From NCBI GenBank assembly GCA_026770705.1, contig JANJGN010000009.1, positions 163,184,001 through 163,248,000 of the forward strand: 64,000 nucleotides of DNA. Reading direction: 5' to 3'. The notes beneath the pieces were generated by a model. The model searched no databases. It had not been told where the DNA came from and worked only from the letters and a program-made list of their open reading frames with translations. Positions 51,530-63,294 of the stretch are shown here, in pieces. Source of the DNA: Isurus oxyrinchus (Eukaryota). How positions within the stretch are numbered: the stretch's first letter is position 1; every line of letters starts with the position of its first letter. A program made the position numbers and the translations under genes.

Positions 51530-51900
51530 CATTTCTGTTCCCATGTCACCTCAAAGTGCTTTCCAACCAATTGTTTATTTGCAATGTTATCACAGTTGCA
51601 ATATAAGAAATGTTTTAATGCAATGTAAAAAATACACACAGACCAATCTCACACAAATAGCAATGTGATATGAGCAGATAGTATGATTTTATCAATTATT
51701 AGTTGAGGGCACCAAGGTTGGCTGGGGCAGCTGGGAGAATTTTTGCTTTGAGAACTTTTATATCTACCTTGTGGACATGCGGGGGCTAGATTTAAGAGCT
51801 CATCTGAAAGATAACAGCTGCAACAGTGCAGCACTTTCTCAAACCGCACTGATGTATCAGCCTAGATTTTATGCCTCTGGTTGGGGTGAAGCCACAATCT
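51530..51900 (-). mobile_element. Decayed Deu-domain SINE
   Basis: CAAAGTGCTTTCCAACCAAT...CACACAAATAGCAATGTGAT...CTCATCTGAAAGA...CAGTGCAGCACT resembles the SINE in the array. Confidence 0.6.
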
Positions 51901-52454
51901 CTTTGATCAGCTGTACTTTAAAATAGCAAAAACAATTGCCTTTCTGTTTGAAAGATTATCACCAGTGGAGTCTTCAGTGTATATTGGACATCAGACCACA
52001 TTAAAAAAAACATTTTAAGTATTAAAACAAATTTTAATTTTGATATGCTAACTGTGTAGCTTTTGAAAAAAGACAAACTGGTTGCATTATTTCCTATTCA
52101 CAATTAATAATGCAGCTTAGTATATACCCAGAAGGGAAAAACAGTAAAAACTGGGAAATAAGAATACCGGTCCAAACTGGTCTTGTATACTTTAAAATGG
52201 TACACCAGTAAAACTGGGTACTGCTCTGAACTATTTTTTTCCTTCTGGGTGTTGGTAAATATTCACCAGTCGCACAATAATATAGTTAAAAAGAAATTCA
52301 ATACTTCATACAAATTTTTTATTCATTCACCCTTGGCTGAGTACTTTGTACCCTTGCATGTCTCCAATTACTTCGACACCTCTGATGTACAAATTGTACA
52401 CTACACTTAAACTGACGCTGATTATCTGAGCAACCATCTCTAGCTGTTACTCAT

Positions 52455-52491
52455 CAGACAGGGAACAAATAAAAAGCGTCAGAGTCCTCAT
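52455..52491 (-). pseudogene. Signal-peptide exon of the CD300/pIgR-like gene with a mutated donor
   Basis: accATG start, then MRTLTLFICSLS plus G (phase 1), followed by ATGAGT instead of GTGAGT. It would join in frame to GALWA of the V exon. Confidence 0.7.
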
Positions 52492-53414
52492 GGTTTTCCC
52501 CTCAACATTCTGATCGGCGTTTGTCATCAGTCATTCAATTTCAGGACCCACATCAAAATAAGTGCCTAATATGGTAAATGATGCAAGAAACTTAAATGAG
52601 GAGGAAGAAACCAGATCATGAAACCACAGTGTGCCAGCTGATGAAATCTGACCCCTAAGAGCTTGAACTATTGTCAGATAAGTTTAACAAACTGAACTCA
52701 ACTAATTTTCTTTGAAAGATAGAAAATTCTGAAAGCAAATGTTACTCGGAGTTGATAAAGGTGACAGAAGCAAAGTTTTAAAAATTCCATAAACTCTCTG
52801 TGACCAAAGTGTTTTTTTTTCTGTATAAAAGTTAGTTGTACAATTAAATATTCATATTTATTACTATTTTGGTTTTATTTGCTAATCTTGTTGGTACTGA
52901 GCAACAATTCTGTCGGGATGAGGAGATCTGAACCCCTGGCTATACAGGTAGAAGGTCTCCCTCTGCTTCATTTACCAGATCCACAGACAAGTTATGAGGA
53001 GATTTCAGGCAGAAATGGACCTTAATTGACGACTCTGGGTAAAAGCAAATTGTGTCTGAGGAACTGGGAGGGAGATTCAATTCTGAGGTGAGGTTACCTC
53101 TGCTAAGTATTCCACCCCTCCCTCTTCCGCCCCCCCCTCCCTGATGGGGCCATGTATTTCCAATGTTGTCGTTGGTGGTGAGGGAGCCTGGTGAATGACA
53201 CTTTGTTTAAACATTAAGAACATCAAGTTGGCTAACACCCAGGCATCAGCCCTGTGTAACTCCACCCTGCTGCTGAAGGCAATTCCCCCATCTCATGGGT
53301 GATGAGGGCAACTCGGAGATTTGGGAGGAGAGCCAATAGGGCATTACCAACTGAACCAACGAGAACCACCACAGTTGTCCACACTAATGGCCCCGAAATG
53401 CTGGTGGAGCACTT

Positions 53415-54115
53415 GGGGCTGAATGTTGCGGTCAATGAGCGGAGACGCGGGGCCTGTTCGCTGACACATAAAATGACGCGGGATGATATCGGGCGTGTGT
53501 CCCAACATCACCCCGCGTCATTTAGATTTTCAGTTCGGCGGGTGCACAGCCGAATCGGCTGCACACCCACCTAACTGTCAAAGGCCTATTAAGGCCATTA
53601 AAAAAGTAATTAAAATGATTAATGGACCTACCCGTCCAACCTTAAGGTTGGGGGGCAGGCAAAGAGCCCAGGCGGCCTTCAGAAAAACATGAAGCCTCAT
53701 CCACGGGCGGGATGAGGTTTCATGAGGGTGTTAAAATTTTAATAAGATGTTGAAATAAAAGAAATTGAGAGGTCCCAGCTCATGTGACAGTGCCATGTGA
53801 GGGGACATGCCAGGAACATTGTTTCTACCGTTCAAAAAATTTTCCATAACCTCCACCGATCTCCCTGAGTTGGCTCGTTGCCTCAGGGAGATGTCTGCAC
53901 TCTCCCGGGTGCATGCGTGAAAGAGCACACAGACCTGCTCAGGGAATCCTCCCCGCGCCCGCACAGGGAGTGCACAGCACGTCCGAGCAGACGTCACGCT
54001 GGGTGGGCCCTAACTGGCCGGCCCACGTAATATGGCGGCACGCCCCGGCCGTGGGGCACCGATCGGGAACCCGCCCACCCACGCCTGCTCCCGATGGAGG
54101 GGGGGTGGGGAACAT
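53415..54115. repeat. GC-rich interspersed repeat (probable non-autonomous element)
   Basis: Abrupt CpG-rich block (GGGGCTGAAT...CCCGCC) with no credible ORF; similar in style to 880-1385. Family not identified. Confidence 0.4.
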
Positions 54116-55404
54116 GCTGCCCTTGGAAACGTTTGGGGATCCATAGCCCTTGGCTCTGTCAACAAGCGCCTAAACTCTCTGCAGTCAGGTCAACAGAGTT
54201 TGAACGTCGGGAATAGGGTTTGGAATTCATATCTGAACCCTTTGTATGTTTATTGACCGTGAATGACTGGAATCTCTCCGTTGCCCCTCCATCATTCCCG
54301 CTTAAAGTGAGTCTGTTGGTGTCTTTCATTGTCCCAGTTCCTAAAAGGAGCTGAGAAGTTTGGATTCTGGTTTAAATCACCCCTAACATGCTCCCTTTCT
54401 GTGTATGGAGCTGTGCTAAGATCACATCATATTTAATATTGATTCCAGGTAGTCACTGGGATTGGAGGCTTTAATTCTGCTTTTTCATTTTAATCAGGAA
54501 GTTGAACAGATGTGTAAAAGAGATGTTCATCACCCTATGACTGTGGTTCCAGATGTTCTGTGTCAAAGCTTTTACAGGGGGGTTGAACATTTCTGGTGTG
54601 ACATTGAGAAAGACAATATAGATGGATAAATCTGAGCAACAGTTTGCTTTCCTTGTTCACCAGATCCATGGATGTAGATCACCAACTGAAGGGGAATTTT
54701 TTTTTCGAATTGGTTCTCGATCCCTGTCCAGTTCAGAGTAGGGAACACTCGGGGACTCTGTTGAAGTAAATAACCCAGAGACTGAAACTATGCTCAGTGT
54801 GAGATCATTATAGCAACAGTTCCTAGTGAACCGGGTGACAACATCATTCTGGGACCAATCTCTGACATTAAGTGGCAGCTTTAATCCAATAAGCCTTTTA
54901 ATGGCCAACTCCTTGAAACCTTCTCTCAGACCCCCAGGTTGAGACCCCCTGAGCTAGAAGGCAAATACATTAGTTACCCATTGATTATGGCAGAAAAAGT
55001 TAATTCATTCAGGTTTAAGTGAATTTTTAATGGGGTGATCAGACATAATTACTGGCTGCCAAACAACCTTATCTGTCCTGAAAATTAAATGTTACAAGTG
55101 TGGAGTCTCATTCTTTCAGGATTGAATTAGTCTTGCAGAGTTTTTATTTTTGAAAATTGAAACTTAATATTTTTTAGCTTTACTATCTTTTTCATCGCAC
55201 TTTTAACGCCAAATTACTTCCCCGATCTTTATTTTGCTTTCTGTACATGATTCAAACATAATTTTCAATTCTTGACTCATAATTCCTGGTTTAGATTTTG
55301 CGTGTCTCAGTGAGGAGTCCTTAATCTCATTGGTTACCTGGCCATTCCTTCTTCTGCTAACGCAGGCTGTGAACCCCCTGCGGAGATTAACACACGGGAG
55401 CAGA

Positions 55405-56183
55405 CAAAAACAAAAAACTGCGGATGCAGAACAAAAACACAATTACCTGGAAAAACTCAGCAGGTCTGGCAGCATCGGCGGAGAAGAAAAGAGTTGACGT
55501 TTCAAGTCCTCATGACCCTTCAACAGAACTGAGTGAATCTAAGGAGAGGGGTGGAATATAAGCTGGTTTAAGGTGGGGGGGGGTGGTTTGGGTGGGAGAG
55601 AAGTGGGGGGGTGATGGTGTGGTTGTAGGGACAAGCAAGCAGTGATAGGAGCAGATCATCAAAAGATGTCACAACAAAAGAACAGAAGAACACAGAGGCG
55701 TTGAAGGTGGTGATATTATCTAAACGAATGTGCTAATTAAGAATGGATGGTAGGGCACTCAAGGTACAGCTCTAGTGGGGGTGGGGTGGAAAGGCTCGCA
55801 GGGCATAAAAGATTTTTAAAAAATGGAAATAGGTGGGAAAAGAAAAATCTATATAAATTATTGGAAAAAATAAAAGGAGGGGGGAAGAAACAGAAAGGGG
55901 GTGGGGATGGGGGAGGGAGTTCAAGATCTAAAGTTGTTGAACTCAATATTCAGTCCGGAAGGCTGTAAAGTGCCTAGTTGGAAGATGAGGTGTTGTTCCT
56001 CCAGTTTGCGTTGGGCTTCACTGGAACAATGCAGCAAGCCAAGGACAGACATGTGGGCAAGAGAGCAGGGTGGAGTGTTAAAATGGCAAGTGACAGGGAG
56101 GTTTGGGTCATTCTTGCGGACAGACCGCAGGTGTTCTGCAAAGCGATCACCCAGTTTACGTTTGGTCTCCCAATGTAGAGGAG
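55405..56183 (-). mobile_element. 5'-truncated Penelope-like element
   Basis: GIY-YIG C-terminal ORF 55921-56187; hammerhead-like motif at ~55492-55530; TSD ACA(C/T)GGGAGCAGA at 55392-55404 and 56184-56196. Confidence 0.92.
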
Positions 56184-57855
56184 ACATGGGAGCAGATGTC
56201 TAGTGGCAAGGTGCCTCTGCTCAAAATCTCTTGAAAACTCTGTGGGAAGCTGTCAGTGCAGTTAACAGCGAATGCTGTTCCCTCACTGCAGATAACAAAA
56301 CCCGAGCCATTGTAGGAGATTTTAAAAATGGATGAGGAACTTGTGGGATTAAGGGTACAAAGTGAAGATGTGTGATGCAGCAAAACTGGTCTGTCAAAGT
56401 GCCAGAAGTGTGCTGAAAGATTCTACGCCTCGATGATTCTCTGTTGGGGGTGATTCAGGTGCAAGATACGGGGCTATGAAATTTGTTGGTTTCTCATTCG
56501 TTTTTTGTCTGATTGATGGCAGTTGTCTCCTTAGATCCAAGGGCTGGTCACTGGTTGATGCTACTAGTTCACCTTAATTACTCAGCTGTCTTGTTGTTCA
56601 ATTAAACCAATATGTAGGCCTTAACCTAGAAAAACGATATGCAGCATAGAGCTAACAGTTTCCAACCTTCTATGGGCTTATGCGGCAAATCACCTCCTGA
56701 GTGGCCAATCAGGTGAAGCAATAGTTCAGAATTTGAATTACTTGTTCATTGAGGATGCTTTGGGGAAAAGGGCATTCTTCTGTCCTTGCTAGGCTCAGTA
56801 AGGGAATGGAGGCTGCACAGGTCCAAGCAACCTTGGTCACTGTTTATATCTTCCACCTCACAGCTTTTCCTGCCAATGGAACCAAGCATTAACTTGCACA
56901 ATTTCCGCCCGTCTATCACACATCAGTACATTGACTCAATGGAGTTCCTTTTGACTGATGTGAAGATTGAGCTGTAGTGAACGAATAGACACACATGTGA
57001 GCAGAGAATAATGTTCTCACCTTTGAGGGCCTGTACACACAATGAGAAGCAAACAGCCTTGACTGCTCTTACTGTTTGATATTGGAGAATGTTATTTACC
57101 CATGTGCTGTGGAAGACTTTTGTAACATTTCTTGTGCAATAGTTGCCCACAGTTCCGTTGAGTCCTGAGATATCTAGCACTTTGCACCTGGAAGGTATAT
57201 AAATGTTGACAGCTGTGGTAACTGTAACTTTACTTAATAACACATGTTGAGTGCTTCTTCAGTTCTTTTGTAAGCATGTCAGCTTTAGACTCTCCTTCTG
57301 TAGTTTATATGGCCATATATGCCTTCCTCTGGGATATGACCCTGTTAAACCCGTTCACCGTTTCTTTCATCTGCATCACCAGGTAACCAATAAATAGAGC
57401 AGACACCATGATGCTTGCCTATAAAAAGGTTGTAATATTGTAGGTCTTTTGCCCTATTTGCAAACATAAACTTTCCTTTAGTAGCTAAAACCTCCTGTCA
57501 TTGACAATCATGGTTTGCTTTCAGACATCAACCCTGAGAATAGCAGCACATTTTTCTTGCAGTGTTAAACTGTGATGACTATCGCAAGCTGCAACAAATT
57601 TGAACTCATGTTATTTTCAGAGCCCAATTTTATTTACATTGCTCATCAGCCATTACATTATTTGAAAAGTTTGTGGAATGCAGCTAAAAACTGATATCAC
57701 CAGTAAAGGTGGGATGAGGCACTTCAGTGGACATTAATTACCCATTAAGGACCTCAATATCAGGGCAGGGAGGCCAAACCTGAACCTTCCCCTCTCTGGA
57801 CAAAATTGGAAAGTTGGCACCCTCCTACCCAATTAAAGGCCTCTCCCCACACTTC

Positions 57856-58175
57856 CATAGAGCCATAGAAAAGTTACAGCACAGAAGGAGGCCATTCGGC
57901 CCATCTTGTCCATGCCAGCCCGAGGATACCCAGGTGCCCTTTCTAATACCACCTTCCTGCACCCGGCCCATAGCCCTGAAGCTTACAGTACTTTAGGTGC
58001 AGATCCAGGTACTTTTTAAAAGAGTTTAAAGTTTCTGCCTCTACCACCAACTTGGGCAGCGAATTCCAGACACCCACTACCCTCTGCGTAAAAAAGTTCA
58101 TGTCTCCCCTACACCTTCTGCCACTTATCTTGAATCTATGTCCCCTGGTTCTAGAATTCTCCACCAAGGGAAACT
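57856..58175 (-). mobile_element. CR1 3' end (same subfamily as the nested CR1 in the array)
   Basis: ORF 57943-58167 VENSRTRGHRFKISGRRCRGDMNFFTQRVVGVWNSLP plus 3' UTR. Confidence 0.92.
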
Positions 58176-58659
58176 CACCTCAGGGGAGGGCATTAAATTT
58201 TGCCCAGGATGTGGGGCAAACAGAAGCATTATTCCCAAGATGTAGGGAAGGAAGGAAATATTTAAGGCATCAGATTCATTGAGACTGGGAATGATGCATT
58301 ATTTTATATGTCAGTTCTGAACAGAGTTCTGGAAATGGCAACACATTGAGGCAAAGCTCGTGATAAAGTGGAGCAGTGCTGAGATCACGCTCCTCCCTCC
58401 CCCAACACTCATTGCATAGGTGCTGGGAAAAGGTGTCAGCTGTGTACCTCTTGAAGACGGGTTAACACTATCTCCTCACAAGGAACTAATGTTTCCCTGC
58501 ATCTGTGAAGATGAACGGTTAACTTCAGAAACATTTTGATGGCTACTTTAGTGCTTCATCTGGTTGGACTGTTCAGAAGGTGAACGGTCACACTGCCCTT
58601 GTAAGTGTGGAAACACTGTTTTTGAAAGTGGCATCAACAGAACATCTTTGTTGAAGTCA

Positions 58660-59942
58660 TCATCTGTTCTGATGATGCCACTTTCAAAAACAGTTCCTCT
58701 GACATGTCCTCCTTCTTCCTTAAGCGCGGTTTTCCACCCATGGTAGTTGACAGGGCCCTCAACCGTGTCCGGCCCATCTCCCGCGCATCCGCCTACACAC
58801 CTTCTTCTCCCTCCCTGAAACATGATAGGGTCCCCCTTGTCCTCACTTATCACCCCACCAGCCTCCGCATTCAAAGGATCATCCTCCGCCATCTCCGCCA
58901 ACTCCAGCATGATGCCACCACCAAACACATCTTCCCTTCACCCCCCCCCCCCCCCCCCCCCCTCCCCGGTGGCATTTCGCAGGGATTGTTCCCTCCGGGA
59001 CACCCTGGACCACTCTTCCATCACCCCCTCCCACAGCACCTTCCCATGCAACCGCAGAAGGTGTAACACCTGCCACTTTACCTCCCCCCTCCTCACCATC
59101 CAAGGGCCCAAACACTCCTTTCAAGTGAAGCAGCATTTCACTTGCACTTCCCTCAATTTAGTCTACTGCATTCGTTGCTCCCAATGTGGTTTCCTTTACA
59201 TTGGAGAGACCAAACGCAGACTGGGTGACTGCTTTGTGGAATACCTTCGGTCTGTCTGCAAGCATGACCCAGTCCTCCCTGTCGCTTGCCTTTTCAACAC
59301 ACCACCCTGCTCTCTTGCCCACATGTCTGTCTTTGGCTTGCTGCATTGTTCCAGTGAAGCCCAATGCAAACTGGAGGAACAGCACCTCATCTTCCGACAA
59401 GGCACTTTACAGCCTTCCGGACTGAATATTGAGTTTAACAACTTTAGATCACGAACTCTTTCCTCCATCCCCACCCTCTTTCCTATCTCCCCCTTTTCCA
59501 ATAATTTATATAGATTTTTTTTTCCCACCTATTTCCATTATTTTTAAATGTATTTCCATCCATTATTTTATCTCTACTTTTTAGCCTTTTTCGATCCCTT
59601 CCCTTCCCCCCACCCCACCCCCACTAGGGCTATCTGTACCTTGCTTGTCCTGCTTTCTTACCCTTAATGTCACCATTAGCACATTCCTTAGATAATATCA
59701 CCACCGTCAACACCTCTTTGTCCTTTTGTCTGTGACATCTTTTGGCTATCTCCACCTATCACTGGCCTCTATTCAGCTCTACCTGTCCCACCCCCCACTT
59801 AAACCAACTTATATTTCACCCCTTTTCTATTTTTCCTTAGTTCTGTTGAAGAGTCATACGGACTCGAAACGTTAACTGTGTTCCTCTCCGCAGATGCTGC
59901 CAGACCTGCTGAGTTTTTCCAGGTATTTTTGTTTTTGTTTTG
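58660..59942 (+). mobile_element. 5'-truncated, frameshifted Penelope-like element
   Basis: CNRRRCNTC...LVYCIRCSQCGFLYIGET...LEEQHLIFR; hammerhead-like motif at ~59839-59877; GTTTTT-type tail. Confidence 0.92.
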
Positions 59943-59944
59943 AG

Positions 59945-60912
59945 CATCAGAGGTTCTGTATAAGCAGATAAAATGCAGAACATTGAAGTGGGGAGGGATC
60001 TGGGTGTCTCGTATGTGAATGAGGAAAGGTTGCTATGTAAATGCAGCAAATGATTAGGGAGGCAAATGGAATGTTGTCATTTATTACATGGTGAAGGGGA
60101 TGAAAGTAGGAATGTGTTGCAATCTTTTAAAGGGCATTGGTAGGTCTAGAATATTGTGTACAGTTTTGTTCTCCTTATTTAAGCAAGGATATAAATGTGT
60201 TAGAAGCAGTTCAGAGAAGGTTCACTTGACTTGGATGGGGGTGGGTTATCTTACAAAGAAAGATTGAACAGGCTTGGCTTGCAGCCATTGAAGTTTAAAA
60301 AATTGAGATGTGATCTTAATGAAATCAATAACCCTTTAGTCACAGGACTGTGAATCTTTGGGACTCTCTACCCCACAGGGCTGAGATGATCCATCATTGA
60401 GTATGTTTAAAGGTGAGATTGAAAAATTTGTAAATACCTATAATGTAAAGGGATATGGGGAGAGTGTGGAGAAAAGGCATTGAAGTGAATGATCAGACAT
60501 GATTGTGTTGAATGATGGAGGAGGCTCGATGGGCTGAATGGCCTACTCCTGTTCCTATGAAACATCTAAGATCCTGAGGGGAATTGACAGGGTGGATCCC
60601 AATAGGATGTTTCTCCTTGTGGGAGAGACTAGAACTAGTTTAAAAATAATGGGTCCCCCATTTAAGACAGAGATGAGAAGAAATTTTTCTCTCAGAAGCT
60701 TGTGAATCTTTGGATTCCCCAGAGTGTGGTGGAGGCAGTGTTAATAAATATTTTTAAGGCAGAGGTAGATAGATTCTTGACAGAGTCAAAGTCTATTGGG
60801 GTAAGTGGGATGTTGAGTTGAGGCCACAACAGATCAGCCGTGATCTTATTGAATGGCAGATCAGGCTTGACAGACCTAACAGCCAACTCCTGCTCTTAAT
60901 TCGTATGTTCGT
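59945..60912 (+). mobile_element. Decayed and nested CR1 fragments
   Basis: Motifs GAGGGATCTGGGTGTC, GAAGCAGTTCAGAGAAGGTTCAC and two CR1 3' UTRs (GATGGGCTGAATGGCCTACTCCTG; CTCCTGCTCTTAATTCGTATGTTCGT). Confidence 0.8.
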
Positions 60913-61190
60913 TTGTAGTGACTTTGCTTGGTAAAAAGCTCTTTTAACGAAGTTCATCATATATCTGATCAGCTGATAAATTGAAAGGTTAATATTCCAC
61001 ATCGTACACAACACATTGTCGTGACACCTGTCATACACGGATTCGCTTCAGTCATGAGCATGTTCTCATTGATGATTCCCAATATAAAATGTGCTCAATG
61101 TTAAAACTCTCATCCTCGTATCCAGATTTTTCCATGGTCTCACCCCTCCCTATCTGTGTATCTCTTTCTGCAAATCTTGTGTTGCTCCAA

Positions 61191-63294
61191 AACAAAAACA
61201 GAATTACCTGGAAAAACTCAGCAGGTCTGGCAGCATCGGCGGAGAAGAAAAGAGTTGACGTTTCGAGTCCTCATGACCCTTCGACAGAACTTGATTTCGA
61301 ATCCAAGAAAGAGTTGAAATATAAGCTGGTTTAAGATGTGTGTGTGGAGGGGCGGAGAGAGAGAGAGAGACAGAGGTGCTTGTGTGGACAAACAAGCAGT
61401 GATAGAAGCAGATCATCAAAAGATGTCAGTGACAATGGTACAAAAGAACACATAGGTGTTAAAATTAAAGTTGGTGATATTATCTAAACGAATGTGCTAA
61501 TTAAGAATGGATGGTAGGGCACTCAAGGTACAGCTCTAGTGGGGGTGGGGGGAGCATAAAAGATTTTAAAATATTTAAAAATAATGGAAATAGGTGGGAA
61601 AAGAAAAATCTATAAAATTTATAGGGAAAAAAAAAGGGGAAAAAAAGGGGGAAACAGAAAGGGGGTGGGGATGGGGGAGGGAGCTCACGACCTAAAGTTA
61701 TTGAATTCAATATTCAGACCGGAAGGCTGTAAGGTGCCTAGTCGGAAGATGAGGTGTTGTTCCTCCAGTTTGCGTTGGGCTTCACTGGAACAATGCAGTA
61801 AGCCAAGGACAGACATGTGGGCAAGAGAGCAGGGTGGAGTGTTAAAATGGCAAGCGACAGGGAGGTTTGGGTCATTCTTGCGGACAGACCGCAGGTGTTC
61901 TGCAAAGCGGTCGCCCAGTTTACGTTTGGTCTCTCCAATGTAGAGGAGACCACATTGGGAGCAACGAATGCAGTAGACTAAGTTGGGGGAAATGCAAGTG
62001 AAATGCTGCTTCACTTGAAAGGAGTGTTTGGGCCCTTGGACGGTGAGGAGAGAGGAAGTGAAGGGGCAGGTGTTACATCTTTTGCGTGGGCATGGGGTGG
62101 TGCCATAGGAGGGGGTTGAGGAGTAGGGGGTGATGGAGGAGTGGACCAGGGTGTCCCGGAGGGAGCGATCCCTACGGAATGCCGATAAGGGGGTTGAAGG
62201 AAAGATGTGTTTGGTGGTGGCATCATGCTGGAGTTGGCGGAAATGGCGGAGGATGATCCTTTGAATGCGGAGGCTGGTGGGGTGATAAGTGAGGACAAGG
62301 GGGACCCTATCATGTTTCTGGGAGGGAGGAGAAGGCGTGAGGGCGGATGCGCGGGAGATGGGCCGGACACGGTTGAGGGCCCTGTCAACGACCGTCGGTG
62401 GAAAACCTCGGTTAAGGAAGAAGGAGGACATGTCAGAGGAACCGTTTTTGAAGGTAGCATCATCGGAACAGATGCGACGAAGGCGAAGGAACTGGGAGAA
62501 TGGGATGGAGTCCTTACAGGAAGCGGGGTGTGAGGAGCTGTAGTCGAGGTAGCTGTGGGAGTCAGTGGGTTTGTAATGGATATTGGTGGACAGTCTATCA
62601 CCAGAGATTGAGACAGAGAGGTCAAGGAAGGGAAGGGAAGTGTCAGAGATGGACCATGTGAAAATGATGGAGGGGTGGAGATTGGAAGCAAAATTAATAA
62701 ATTTTTCCAAGTCCCGACGAGAGCATGAAGCGGCACCGAAGTAATCATCGATGTACCGGAGAAAAAGTTGTGGAAGGGGGCCGGAGTAGGACTGCAACAA
62801 GGAATGTTTCACATATCCCATAAAGAGACAGGCATAGCTGGGGCCCATGCGGGTACCCATAGCCACACCTTTTATTTGGAGAAAGTGAGAGGAGTTGAAG
62901 GAGAAATTGTTCAACGTGAGAACAAGTTCAGCCAGACGGAGGAGAGTAGTGGTGGATGGGGATTGTTCGGGCCTCTGTTCGAGGAAGAAACTAAGGGCCC
63001 TCAGACCATCGTGGTGGGGGATGGAGGTGTAGAGGGATTGGACGTCCATGGTGAAGAGGAAGCGGTTGGGGCCAGGGAACTGGAAATTGTTGATGTGACG
63101 TAAGGTGTCAGAGGAATCACAGATGTAGGTGGGAAGGGACTGGACAAGGGGAGAGAGAAGGGAGTCAAGATAACGAGAAATGAGTTCTGTGGGGCAGGAG
63201 CAAGCTGAGACGATCGGTCTACCGGGACAGTTCTGTTTGTGGATTTTGGGTAGGAGATAGAAGCGGGCCGTCCGAGGTTGGGCGACTATCAGAG
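61191..63294 (-). mobile_element. Young 5'-truncated Penelope-like retroelement
   Basis: Perfect 14-bp TSD TTGTGTTGCTCCAA (61177-61190 and 63295-63308); pseudo-LTR with a hammerhead-like motif at ~61252-61291. Confidence 0.96.
61685..63292 (-). CDS. Penelope RT plus GIY-YIG endonuclease ORF (N-terminally truncated, uninterrupted)
   Basis: Frame is open from FYLLPKIHK...GRPIVS through DVQSLYT, GVAMGTRMGPSYACLF, RYIDD and FLDL to LVYCIRCSQCGLLYIGET. Confidence 0.95.
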   Translation of the reverse strand: MIVAQPRTARFYLLPKIHKQNCPGRPIVSACSCPTELISRYLDSLLSPLVQSLPTYICDSSDTLRHINNFQFPGPNRFLFTMDVQSLYTSIPHHDGLRALSFFLEQRPEQSPSTTTLLRLAELVLTLNNFSFNSSHFLQIKGVAMGTRMGPSYACLFMGYVKHSLLQSYSGPLPQLFLRYIDDYFGAASCSRRDLEKFINFASNLHPSIIFTWSISDTSLPFLDLSVSISGDRLSTNIHYKPTDSHSYLDYSSSHPASCKDSIPFSQFLRLRRICSDDATFKNGSSDMSSFFLNRGFPPTVVDRALNRVRPISRASALTPSPPSQKHDRVPLVLTYHPTSLRIQRIILRHFRQLQHDATTKHIFPSTPLSAFRRDRSLRDTLVHSSITPYSSTPSYGTTPCPRKRCNTCPFTSSLLTVQGPKHSFQVKQHFTCISPNLVYCIRCSQCGLLYIGETKRKLGDRFAEHLRSVRKNDPNLPVACHFNTPPCSLAHMSVLGLLHCSSEAQRKLEEQHLIFRLGTLQPSGLNIEFNNFRS

